From positions 51,313 through 115,312 of the forward strand of contig JABDBQ010000002.1 in NCBI GenBank assembly GCA_013288555.1: DNA of 64,000 nucleotides. The letters run 5' to 3'. Below the pieces are notes generated by a model. The model was not told the DNA's origin and did not search any database. It was given only the letters and a program-made list of their open reading frames with translations. Shown here in pieces: positions 9,655-18,284 of this stretch. A program made the translations under genes and the position numbers. Numbering within the stretch: the first letter of the stretch is position 1; the number at the start of each line of letters is the position of its first letter. Source of the DNA: Bacteroidota bacterium (lineage in GTDB: Bacteria; Bacteroidota; Bacteroidia; CAILMK01).

Positions 9655-10668
9655 TTACCTGATCAGGTATTCCAGTTTTTCCCGCGTCTTTTTTATCTCA
9701 GCTGCAAGCCCCGAAAAGAATTTGTTCCGCAGTTTTTCTGAATCTTTTGAAATAAGACTGCTGCGGCTCATCAGGTTAAGAAAATGCTTATAAGAAGCGT
9801 CGCAAAACCTATCATTAGAAGTACTTAGAAAATTAAAAGCATTATGCGTGATAAAAGACACCTTTTGATCTTCAAGAATTGCCAAAACAGTATTATCGCT
9901 CAATACCACTTCATTGTGATATAATTTGAAGCTCCCGGAATAAGGGCTGGGAGCATCGCCGATTAAAAATTTTAACCCCTTTTCAGCCTGGCTTTTAATA
10001 TGTGTGATGTACTCTTCTAATTTTCCCAAAACAATGAATGCCTCTTTCGGGTTTTCAAAGAGGCCGGATTCCGCATAATATTCAATTTGCAGAAGGGTGC
10101 TTTGTATGGTTTCTTCATTCCAAAGCTCAGTAGACGGAAAGCGGATGTATTCTGCGAGAAGTTTTTTACCAGTTTGAATCATGCCTGAATCCAAATTAGA
10201 TAGTGAAAATTTCCTGTTTTCAAATTTCCTGAATCCCAGGATGGTTTTCTGCCACACAAATGTCTTGAAAGCAGCGAGTTCATCATTATAAAAATCATGA
10301 AAGATCGGCATGTCTTTCGCTGCATAAATCATTTCGCAATTCCCTGAATCCGCAAATTTTTTTACGATCTGGTATGCATTGGTCGTGTAATCAAGAAGGT
10401 TAAATTTTTCTTCGTCAATAGGCTTGTACTTGAAATAAATTTCGTCTCCTGTGGTAGAATTAAGGGCCAGATCTGCAGAAACATTAAAATGCAAGGCTAT
10501 TTTCTGCAACTCACTGAATGAAAGCTCCTTTTCTCCCCTGATGCGCCTGTAAGCACTATCGGTACTGATACTCAGAAGATCTTCCAGTTCATCCACCATT
10601 GATAAATGAGAAGGAATTCTTTCCCTAATTTTTTGAAAAAACGCAGCCTGTTCCAAAATGCCTGCCAT
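9655..10668 (-). CDS. HTH-domain putative transcriptional regulator (337 aa)
   Basis: N-terminal SAYRRIRGEKELSFSELQKIALHFNVS helix-turn-helix-like segment, then a long C-terminal domain of unknown function. Confidence 0.55.
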   Translation of the reverse strand: MAGILEQAAFFQKIRERIPSHLSMVDELEDLLSISTDSAYRRIRGEKELSFSELQKIALHFNVSADLALNSTTGDEIYFKYKPIDEEKFNLLDYTTNAYQIVKKFADSGNCEMIYAAKDMPIFHDFYNDELAAFKTFVWQKTILGFRKFENRKFSLSNLDSGMIQTGKKLLAEYIRFPSTELWNEETIQSTLLQIEYYAESGLFENPKEAFIVLGKLEEYITHIKSQAEKGLKFLIGDAPSPYSGSFKLYHNEVVLSDNTVLAILEDQKVSFITHNAFNFLSTSNDRFCDASYKHFLNLMSRSSLISKDSEKLRNKFFSGLAAEIKKTREKLEYLIR

Positions 10669-10730
10669 ACTTCTTCTCCTTTGGAGTGTAAAAATAATAC
10701 AGTTGGGACAAATGCAAAACTTTATTCGGA

Positions 10731-10892
10731 AATCCCGCTAAGGATGAAACATTAATAGCAAGCGAATTGTAGGTGAAGAATTTAATCCCGCAGGAATGAC
10801 ATATTTATGTACTCAAGGGAAATATACTGTACCTAAGGCACACTAAAACTGGGGCACCAAAATTTTCTGTCAATATTCTATCCCTAAGGGAT
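10731..10892. repeat. Cluster of three REP-like hairpins (ATCCC..GGGAT/GGAAT) in a divergent intergenic region
   Basis: aatcccgctaaggatg at 10731, aatcccgcaggaatg at 10784, and atccctaagggat at 10880-10892. The last is a perfect hairpin. Confidence 0.55.
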
Positions 10893-10975
10893 TAAACTAA
10901 TAGCCAGGTGCAAAAGTAATTGAAGGACTGATCCGGTTTTCCCCAAATTCCTGAATGGTCTTTTCACCCCTCAAT

Positions 10976-10998
10976 TCTTACTTCTCACTTCTCACCCT
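10976..10998. repeat. CTTCTCAC (GTGAGAAG) short tandem repeat, copy 1
   Basis: cttacttctcacttctcaccc. The same family recurs at about 15181, 24173 and 29991. Confidence 0.6.
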
Positions 10999-11074
10999 TC
11001 CTTCTTCAAATATTTTTTGCGTTTTCTTTGAATCTCCATACCTTGTGCCTCCAATATTAAATAAGAGTAAAGAT

Positions 11075-13204
11075 ATGGAAAATTATGATGTAAATCAGGT
11101 AAAAAACATAGTCTTACTGGGCCATGCCGGAAGCGGTAAAACAACCCTTGCCGAATGCATGCTCTTTGAGGCCGGATTAATTTCACGACGCGGTACGGTT
11201 GAAGAAGGCAATACCGCATCTGATTATAATGCCATTGAACAGGAAAAAGGCTGTTCCGTTTTTGCAACACTCTTGCACTCAAACTGGAGGGGCTATAAAA
11301 TAAATATACTGGATACACCGGGGAATGATGATTTTGTTGGTGAAGTTATCGCCTCGCTTAAAGTTGCAGATACAGGCGTTATGCTGCTTAATGCACCTTT
11401 CGGGGTGGAAGTAGGAACGGATATCATCTGGGAATACACCGAACAATTTAAAACGCCCATGATCTTTGCTGTAAACCAGCTCGACCATGAGAAAGCTGAT
11501 TTTGAAAAAACGGTTGAACAGGCCAAAAACAGTTTCGGAAGAAAAGTACTGGTTGTGCAGTATCCACTCAATGCAGGGTCTGGGTTTGATTCCATCATTG
11601 ATGTATTGAAAATGACCATGTACAAGTTTCCGGCGGAAGGCGGAAAACCACAAAAACTTCCGATACCCGATTCTGAAAAAGCCAAAGCTGATCAGCTGCA
11701 TAATGAGCTCATTGAATCTATTGCGGAAAATGATGAAGGCCTCATGGAACTCTATTTTGAAAAGGGGAGCCTCGATGAGGACGAAATGCGTAAAGGCCTG
11801 AAAATAGCCATGATAAACCATGAATTATTCCCGCTTTTCTGTCTTTCCGGCAAGAAAAATATGGGTAGTGGCAGGTTGATGGGGTTTATTGATAATGTTG
11901 CACCTTCGGCAGCTGAAATGCCTCCCCAAAAGCTTACCGATGGCAACACATTGCCCATCAGCCAGAAAGGGAACCCATGTGTTTTTATTTTTAAAACGAT
12001 TTCCGAACATCATTTAGGTGATATGTCATTGTTCAAGGTGTATTCCGGTGAGGTGCATGCCGGGTCAGAACTGATGAATGAAGAAACAGGAGCGGTTGAA
12101 AAATTCACACAGCTTTTCACCCTCGAAGGCAAAAAACGCGAACCTGTTGAAAAACTTCTTGCCGGTGACATTGGGGCAACCATAAAACTTAAAAGCACCC
12201 ATACCAATAATACACTTCATAGTAAAAATGAAAAACTTGAAATAGAGCCGATCAAATTCCCTAATCCGCGAATGCGCATGGCCATTGTCTCAACCAAACG
12301 TGGTGAAGAAGAGAAACTTGCGCAGGCGTTGCATCAGTTGCAGGAAGAAGACCCAAGCTTAAAAATTGAAGTTTCGCAGGAGTTGAAACAAACCATTCTG
12401 CATTGCCAGGGGGAATTACACCTCGGTATTATTTCCCTCAAACTGCAACAGGAATACAAGTTATCCGTAGAGTTTGTACCACCTAAAGTTCCTTATCGAG
12501 AGACCATTCAGAAAATGGTGCAAACCAGTTACCGGCATAAAAAACAATCGGGTGGTGCGGGGCAATTTGCGGAAATCCATATCCAGGTAGAACCTTATTA
12601 TGAGGGCATGCCGGATCCCAAAGGAATGACTGTGCGGGGGAGAGATGAAGTGAAGTTGCCGTGGGGCGGCAAACTTGTGTTCTATAATTGCATCGTGGGT
12701 GGTGTTATCGACCAGCGTTTTCTGCCCTCCATCATGAAAGGTATTATGGACAAAATGGAAAACGGGCCATTGACAGGTTCTTATGTGCGCGATGTGAGGG
12801 TATCCGTTTTCGATGGAAAAATGCACCCGGTTGACAGCAATGATATGGCCTTTAAAATTGCTGGTATGATGGCTTTTAAAGATGCTTTCAGCCAGGCGAG
12901 CCCAAAAATCCTGGAACCCGTATATGAACTGGAAGTGCTTGCCCCTGAAGATGTTGTAGGTGAAGTAATGGGTGATCTGCCTACAAGGCGTGCCATTATA
13001 GAAGGGATCGATACGGAAGGCCATTATCAGAAGGTTAAAGCCCAGATTCCGCTGGCCGAATTGCAGAATTATTCCACGGGTCTCCGCGCAATCACCCAGG
13101 GTCGAGCGAAATACAGCATTGAATTTCACGACTATGCCCCGGTGCCGATGGAGATGCAGGAAAAATTGATAAAAGCATACCAGGCAGAACACCAGGAATC
13201 GTAA
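11075..13204 (+). CDS. Elongation factor G family GTPase (EF-G paralog)
   Basis: G1 motif GHAGSGKTT, DTPG, NQLD. The domain IV/V region ends ..QGRAKYSIEFHDYAP. I placed the start at MENYDVNQ; the ORF track's 10955 extension has no support. Confidence 0.8.
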   Translation: MENYDVNQVKNIVLLGHAGSGKTTLAECMLFEAGLISRRGTVEEGNTASDYNAIEQEKGCSVFATLLHSNWRGYKINILDTPGNDDFVGEVIASLKVADTGVMLLNAPFGVEVGTDIIWEYTEQFKTPMIFAVNQLDHEKADFEKTVEQAKNSFGRKVLVVQYPLNAGSGFDSIIDVLKMTMYKFPAEGGKPQKLPIPDSEKAKADQLHNELIESIAENDEGLMELYFEKGSLDEDEMRKGLKIAMINHELFPLFCLSGKKNMGSGRLMGFIDNVAPSAAEMPPQKLTDGNTLPISQKGNPCVFIFKTISEHHLGDMSLFKVYSGEVHAGSELMNEETGAVEKFTQLFTLEGKKREPVEKLLAGDIGATIKLKSTHTNNTLHSKNEKLEIEPIKFPNPRMRMAIVSTKRGEEEKLAQALHQLQEEDPSLKIEVSQELKQTILHCQGELHLGIISLKLQQEYKLSVEFVPPKVPYRETIQKMVQTSYRHKKQSGGAGQFAEIHIQVEPYYEGMPDPKGMTVRGRDEVKLPWGGKLVFYNCIVGGVIDQRFLPSIMKGIMDKMENGPLTGSYVRDVRVSVFDGKMHPVDSNDMAFKIAGMMAFKDAFSQASPKILEPVYELEVLAPEDVVGEVMGDLPTRRAIIEGIDTEGHYQKVKAQIPLAELQNYSTGLRAITQGRAKYSIEFHDYAPVPMEMQEKLIKAYQAEHQES

Positions 13205-13278
13205 TAAATATCCGAATTTTAACATAATAATTTTATACTATCAAACCGGTTTATATCAAATTCATATTCGCAATTGTA

Positions 13279-15171
13279 ATGTGCCTTGGGTTTTATTCTC
13301 AAGCAATTGCACAGACCGATGCCGAAAAAACAAAAGCAGAGGAATATTACAACCAGGCCAGGGTCAATGCTTATGGGAATGACTTTAAGGCCGCGATCGA
13401 CTATTGTTTCAAGGCCATTGAAGAGGATTCTACTTATGTGGACCCTTATCATCTTTTGGGTTCGATATTGGAAACACTGCATCGTGATTCAGATATCATA
13501 GTTATGTATACCAGATTGCTGGCTGTAGCCCCGAATGATTTCGACGGGTACATGGGTCGCGCTGATGCGGAGGTGAAGCGGTTGAAATATGATGACGCAG
13601 AAGCGGACTACCGGGCTGCTGTTGCGCTGAAGGGAACGCCTGCAAAGTATCATAATGTAGCGGTAGATCGCCTTGATAAAATGTCTTATATCCGTTATCT
13701 TGTTGCGCACCCGGTTCCGTTCAACCCTGAGAACCTGGGCTCGAATATCAACTCGACGGATGACGAGTATTTTCCTACATTCACTGTCGATGGCGAAACA
13801 ATGTATTTCACCAGGCGCAAGTTGCAGGGCACTAAGGATTTCCATGGTATGACTGTTGAGAATTACAACGAAGATATCATGATGAGTACCAAGATAAATG
13901 GTCAGTGGTCTCCAGCGCAGGATATTCCCGGGCCTATTAATACACCTGACAATAACGAAGGCGCCATGTGTATCGCCCCTGATGGTACTTACCTTATTTA
14001 TACAAGTTGCGTGCAAGGCAATTGCGATCTCTATATTTCTTTTTTTGTAGATGGTGACTGGACCAAACCTGTGAATATGGGCGACCCGATCAACACCCGT
14101 TTTAATGAAAAGCAAACCTCCATAAGTGCTGATGGAAGGACGATATATTTTGCGAGTGACAGGCCCGGGGGACTGGGCGGATTGGATCTCTGGTCCAGTA
14201 CCCGCGATGATAACTGGAACTTTGGTGAGCCTGTGAATCTCGGTCCCAATATCAATACCAAACTGGATGACCAGGCACCCTTCATTCATCCTGATAATCA
14301 GACTTTGTATTTCATTTCGCTTGGGCATAAAGGCATGGGGCGTAATGACATCTTTTATTCGCGCAGGGATGCCTTTGGGAAATGGGACTCTGCCGTTAAT
14401 TTAGGCTATCCCATCAATACCCCCGGCGATGAGCCCGGTCTTGTTATTGACCGCCTTGGCGATTATGCTTATTTCTCTTCCGAAAGGGAAGGTGGATATG
14501 GGAAACTTGATATTTATCGTTTCAAACTTCCCAAGCCGGCCAAGCCGCATCCCGTTACTTATCTTAAGGCACATGTTACTGATATTGAAACTCATAAACC
14601 TCTTAGAGCCAACCTGGAACTTATCGATCTTGAAACCGGGAAAAGCTTTCTGAAAACCATCTGCAGCAAGAATGGGGATGTTGAAGCTGTGCTTCCGGGT
14701 GGTAAGGATTATATGGTGAATGTGTCTGATAGTGCTTATCTTTTCTTTTCTGATAATATTCCGTTAAAAAATTACCATCTCAATAATCCGTATCTGTATA
14801 ATATCCAGTTAAAACCAATAAAAACCGGTCAGACCATTAATCTCAAAAATGTGTTTTTCCCAACGGACGGTTTTTCACTGGAAGACAAGTCTAAATCAGA
14901 ACTTGATAAGCTCGCTTCTTTTCTGCGAACCAATCCAAAGGTGAAACTAGAAATAGGTGGGCATACCGATAATACCGGATCTCCTGAACACAACAAAGAC
15001 CTTTCAACCCGCAGAGCAAAAGCTGTTTATGACTATCTGACCACAAGCGGGAAAATTGATACCAAGCGACTGAGTTATGTCGGCTATGGCGACAGCAAAC
15101 CCATTGTTCCTAACACAACAGAAGCCGGAAAAGCCAAAAACCGGAGAACTGAAGTGAAGATTATGGAATGA
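13279..15171 (+). CDS. OmpA-family protein with TPR and TolB/PD40-like repeats and a C-terminal OmpA domain
   Basis: C-terminal TDNTGS..RRAKAV..NRRTEV OmpA motifs. PD40-like YFxSxR repeats. The N-terminus after the only ATG (MCLGFYSQAIAQ) looks like a truncated signal peptide, so the start is uncertain. Confidence 0.75.
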   Translation: MCLGFYSQAIAQTDAEKTKAEEYYNQARVNAYGNDFKAAIDYCFKAIEEDSTYVDPYHLLGSILETLHRDSDIIVMYTRLLAVAPNDFDGYMGRADAEVKRLKYDDAEADYRAAVALKGTPAKYHNVAVDRLDKMSYIRYLVAHPVPFNPENLGSNINSTDDEYFPTFTVDGETMYFTRRKLQGTKDFHGMTVENYNEDIMMSTKINGQWSPAQDIPGPINTPDNNEGAMCIAPDGTYLIYTSCVQGNCDLYISFFVDGDWTKPVNMGDPINTRFNEKQTSISADGRTIYFASDRPGGLGGLDLWSSTRDDNWNFGEPVNLGPNINTKLDDQAPFIHPDNQTLYFISLGHKGMGRNDIFYSRRDAFGKWDSAVNLGYPINTPGDEPGLVIDRLGDYAYFSSEREGGYGKLDIYRFKLPKPAKPHPVTYLKAHVTDIETHKPLRANLELIDLETGKSFLKTICSKNGDVEAVLPGGKDYMVNVSDSAYLFFSDNIPLKNYHLNNPYLYNIQLKPIKTGQTINLKNVFFPTDGFSLEDKSKSELDKLASFLRTNPKVKLEIGGHTDNTGSPEHNKDLSTRRAKAVYDYLTTSGKIDTKRLSYVGYGDSKPIVPNTTEAGKAKNRRTEVKIME

Positions 15172-15180
15172 TTTTTTTTA

Positions 15181-15213
15181 AAGAGTGAGAAGTAAGAGGT
15201 GAGAAGTAAAAAG
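15181..15213. repeat. GTGAGAAG short tandem repeat, copy 2
   Basis: gagtgagaagtaagaggtgagaagtaaaaag, immediately after the OmpA-family gene stop. Confidence 0.6.
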
Positions 15214-15250
15214 CTTTGGGAAATGCTTTAATATTATAGTTTTTAATAGT

Positions 15251-15925
15251 TTAATCCTTGAACAATGTTTCGCCTTTGATGAGCCACGAAAACCCGAATG
15301 CGAGCAATGCAATTGTTTCGCAAATGATAACAATATGGCTCAGGGGATTACCCTTGGCCAGGAAATAAACACCAAGACATGCCACGCTGGCTGTCATTAC
15401 GATACCGCAACCCACATAAATATAATTCCTGATGATTTTCTGAGGTGTTTTTATACCCTTTGTTTTTGTAAATAGAAAAATAGACATAAATGCGAGGGTC
15501 AAGAAAAACAATGCCGCACATGCCAGGTGGATAGTGCTATGCATTTCAAAATTGATCAGATAAACTGCAGGCTGCTGTCCGGGAAAACCATCGATGATAT
15601 CCGTTTGAAACAAAGCAACACCGATGCAAAAAATACCTGCCAGGTTTGATATGTTACTATCAAGATTATCGAAGCCTTTATAGGAAAACAAAAAGAGCGC
15701 CACGGCAAAAAGAATGCCCTCAAATATTTCCCGCATATTTGTATAATAGTAGTGACTGATAGATGGTTGTATATTATACTTCCCCAGGATCGATCCGGCA
15801 ATGAGAACAAAAGGCAGTAAAATCCCAAGCCAGCCAACGGCTCGCCGCAGGTCTTTATAAGAGAGGATTACAGGTTCGTCATGTTGATTATCTGAACTCT
15901 GATTTGGGTTTTCCTGAGGTTTCAT
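15251..15925 (-). CDS. Hypothetical polytopic membrane protein
   Basis: About 6 hydrophobic helices after a hydrophilic N-terminus. Confidence 0.55.
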   Translation of the reverse strand: MKPQENPNQSSDNQHDEPVILSYKDLRRAVGWLGILLPFVLIAGSILGKYNIQPSISHYYYTNMREIFEGILFAVALFLFSYKGFDNLDSNISNLAGIFCIGVALFQTDIIDGFPGQQPAVYLINFEMHSTIHLACAALFFLTLAFMSIFLFTKTKGIKTPQKIIRNYIYVGCGIVMTASVACLGVYFLAKGNPLSHIVIICETIALLAFGFSWLIKGETLFKD

Positions 15926-15936
15926 ATTGCATTTTT

Positions 15937-16620
15937 TTAAGATTGTGTTCCCAATATTTTGATGTTATATTTTGTTACCCAATCTGACGGACTGGATCCA
16001 TCCTTAAAAGAGGGTGCATTCGTAAAAGAAAGCATGTCCGCTGCATCTCCATACCACAGATCTCCATCAGTAGGCTGTCCTGAATTCAGGCTTTTATCAG
16101 AATACTGCCATATTTTTGGCGCGTTCCATCCGGCCAGTGGCGTTGAAGGATTCGGTTCATAACAGGCAAGCCAGAGGGGATAACCTGAAAATTGTTTGGT
16201 ACCCCCCAACCTGTTCATGATAAATGGTTTATTCGAATAAAACATAGACAAATATCCGGTTAATTCTTTTACTTTATCCAGAAAAATCTGAGTGTCTTGT
16301 ATCAGAGTAGCGACCGGAATTGTGTTGGTTTCGTCCTCAATATCCAGAGCCGGGGGAAGCGAATATTGATCCAGGTAAGGCTTAATCGAATCGCAGAAAT
16401 GTTGCGCCTGGGCAACCGGATCTACGCCAACGGCATAGAAATGATAAAAACCAGTTAAAATATGTGTGGTGGATATGCCATGATAATGTGTTGCCATGGC
16501 AGGATCAGTAATCTGATCGCTCTGTGTTGCCTTAATATAGGCGAAAGCAAGGCCTGTTTGTTCCAGGGCATTATAGTTGGCGATGGTGTTCCAATGAGAA
16601 AGGTCGATTCCTGTGAGCAT
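15937..16620 (-). CDS. GH25-family lysozyme (muramidase)
   Basis: N-terminus GIDLSHWN..FAYIKATQ is typical of GH25. Confidence 0.7.
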   Translation of the reverse strand: MLTGIDLSHWNTIANYNALEQTGLAFAYIKATQSDQITDPAMATHYHGISTTHILTGFYHFYAVGVDPVAQAQHFCDSIKPYLDQYSLPPALDIEDETNTIPVATLIQDTQIFLDKVKELTGYLSMFYSNKPFIMNRLGGTKQFSGYPLWLACYEPNPSTPLAGWNAPKIWQYSDKSLNSGQPTDGDLWYGDAADMLSFTNAPSFKDGSSPSDWVTKYNIKILGTQS

Positions 16621-16845
16621 GGTTTATAAATTGAAATTTGTGATTTGTGATTTGAAAATGCAATATTGTGAAAATCTTAAATAAGTGAATTGCTTTTTAA
16701 TTTTCACAGAAGGGATTCCCCCTTGTAAGGGGGTAAGGGGATTTTACTCGCGCGCCAGCCTTCCCCCCAAAGCCAGCCTGTCCCGATTTTTCGGCAGGGT
16801 GGTTCGGTCGATAACCATAAATCGCTATTCTGAAATACCGACCCT

Positions 16846-16925
16846 GATAAATTTTCAAAAACCGCCTTTTCCGCCATTCTGGCTTGATAAATTTTCAAAA
16901 ACGCCATTCTGAGCATTCTGGCTTG
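16846..16925. repeat. 40-nt tandem duplication (gataaattttcaaaaa(c)cgcc..attctggctt) x2
   Basis: Seen directly. It lies within the 655-bp gene-free region 16621-17274. Confidence 0.7.
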
Positions 16926-17080
16926 TTCTTTCTGATATTTCATTTTTTTCATTTTATAACTAATTGATTTTAAGTTTTATACTCGTAACTCGTTGACAAA
17001 TATCAATAGATATCAATAAAATATCAATAGGAAATAGGTTTAAAGGCCGGTTTATCTTTTGCGTTTTGTATTTTTTTTTC

Positions 17081-17120
17081 GCGCCAGCCACTTACGCCTT
17101 ACGCCTAATGCCTTACGCCT
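17081..17120. repeat. GCGCCAGCCACTTACGCC-(CCTTACGCC)n dispersed repeat, copy 1
   Basis: Near-identical 40-nt element at 26102-26142. A partial reverse-complement copy lies at 59052-59069. Confidence 0.65.
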
Positions 17121-17274
17121 TTTAAATTACATATATAGCGAGATGCCAAAGTGGGTGGATGTTTCAGAAAAATAATTTATAAGTTGTATTATTTCAATGG
17201 GTTACAAGCGAAAATATTTTTGAAAATGTTTTACTTTTTACGCCGAAAGACCTGGCAGGAGCCGGGAACCGGAC

Positions 17275-18000
17275 TTATTCAAACTTTAATTCTTTCCGTT
17301 TTATCCATTGCGGGGCTTCATTGGGCTTAATTACTATTACATCAATCGGACCTCCAACTGTTTTTGCCTTTTGCTGAAACCTGATGGTTTCAATCGTTGT
17401 TCTCACCGCATAAACTGCAAAATCAATGGCGTCCTGCAAAGGCATAAAATTAAATGTTAATGGATTGTCAGGTAAATCAATCCATTTATCCCCCTGCTTT
17501 AATTTGACTGTATTAAGAATTCTTTGAAGTACTTCAATTTCCCCGCCCCAGTTTGCTCCATGAAATGTCTGTCCATTAGCAACATTTACGCGGTTAAAAC
17601 TGTTTTCTGCAATATTCACGTAATAGACATAAGGGATAGAAATGCCGTTTTCAACTTTGTAACCAGTGGTATAAAAGTACGTTTTTGGGTTCCCGGATAT
17701 CTTGCCAAAAAAATCAATTAACAATTGCGGAAGCTGGTCTATCGTTGTTTCATCCACCACTTTTTCTTCAATAAATTGATTGATAAAACCAGAGATGGGT
17801 ATCCCTTTAATATCCGCGACCCCAAAAGTCCCAAGTCCGAATTTATCATTGATCGTAAATATTTTGGTATTTGTGTCAGATGCCGTTATGGAATGCAATT
17901 GTTCACCATTATCTGTTTTGGTTTTCCAGGTCAAAGTCAACCGGCTATCACCAGCTATGACAAGGCCTTCCGGGACATAAAGTGTTACAATGAGTGACAT
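17275..18000 (-). CDS. Proteasome-fold Ntn-hydrolase homolog (HslV/Anbu/proteasome beta-like), orphan
   Basis: N-terminus M-SLIVTLYVPEGLVIAGDSRLT matches the proteasome-beta/HslV pattern: nucleophile at position 2, Asp17 equivalent in GDSR, a later Lys in NTKIF, and a G..G..AD block (GLGTFGVADIKG). 241 aa. Confidence 0.55.
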   Translation of the reverse strand: MSLIVTLYVPEGLVIAGDSRLTLTWKTKTDNGEQLHSITASDTNTKIFTINDKFGLGTFGVADIKGIPISGFINQFIEEKVVDETTIDQLPQLLIDFFGKISGNPKTYFYTTGYKVENGISIPYVYYVNIAENSFNRVNVANGQTFHGANWGGEIEVLQRILNTVKLKQGDKWIDLPDNPLTFNFMPLQDAIDFAVYAVRTTIETIRFQQKAKTVGGPIDVIVIKPNEAPQWIKRKELKFE

Positions 18001-18189
18001 GAGTATTTAGATTTTGTTTTATGAATGGATTCAATACTAATGAAAAATTAGATCATTGTTAAGATGAATTTTTTCTTCCGTTGTTTGGGTTGTTACTAAA
18101 TGGGCTCCCGACCAGCATAGTCTTGTAATCAAAGTCGCCTGAAATCTTCAATCAAGTTTCCCTTATTTCTGTACCTTTGCAGGCCGAAA

Positions 18190-18274
18190 GATAATTGATC
18201 AACTTGTCACGCCTGCCCCGACCTCTTCGGGGACTTATTCGGGATTGATAATTGATCATTGATAACTGATCATT
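18190..18274. promoter_or_regulatory. Three direct repeats GATAA(T/C)TGATCA plus a GC hairpin in the prfA 5' region
   Basis: gataattgatca at 18191 and 18247, gataactgatca at 18261, and a ccccga..tcgggg hairpin at about 18216-18234. Confidence 0.4.
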
Positions 18275-18284
18275 TCTCAGATTT

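Noticed and set aside
10955-11074. N-terminal extension of the EF-G-like ORF from the ORF track
   Set aside because: The extension is hydrophobic and low-complexity, and overlaps the GTGAGAAG repeat. The conserved GTPase N-terminus begins at MENYDVNQ (11075).
11279-14328. Long antisense ORFs inside the EF-G-like and OmpA-family genes (e.g. 11279..11821 -, 12461..13225 -, 13489..14328 -)
   Set aside because: They lie entirely within well-supported genes on the opposite strand and have no recognisable motifs. They are typical shadow ORFs.
16846-16925. Possible CRISPR-like repeat
   Set aside because: There are only two 40-nt units with no spacers of unique sequence. No cas genes occur anywhere in the window.
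15251-18000. Prophage lysis cassette (membrane protein + GH25 lysozyme + protease)
   Set aside because: There are no other phage hallmarks in the window (portal, terminase, integrase, tail). The membrane protein is too large for a holin. GH25 lysozymes are common chromosomal genes in Bacteroidota.
17275-18000. Canonical Anbu operon
   Set aside because: The usual partners (transglutaminase-like, Alpha-E, ATP-grasp) are absent from the flanks. The gene is therefore reported as an orphan proteasome-fold homolog.
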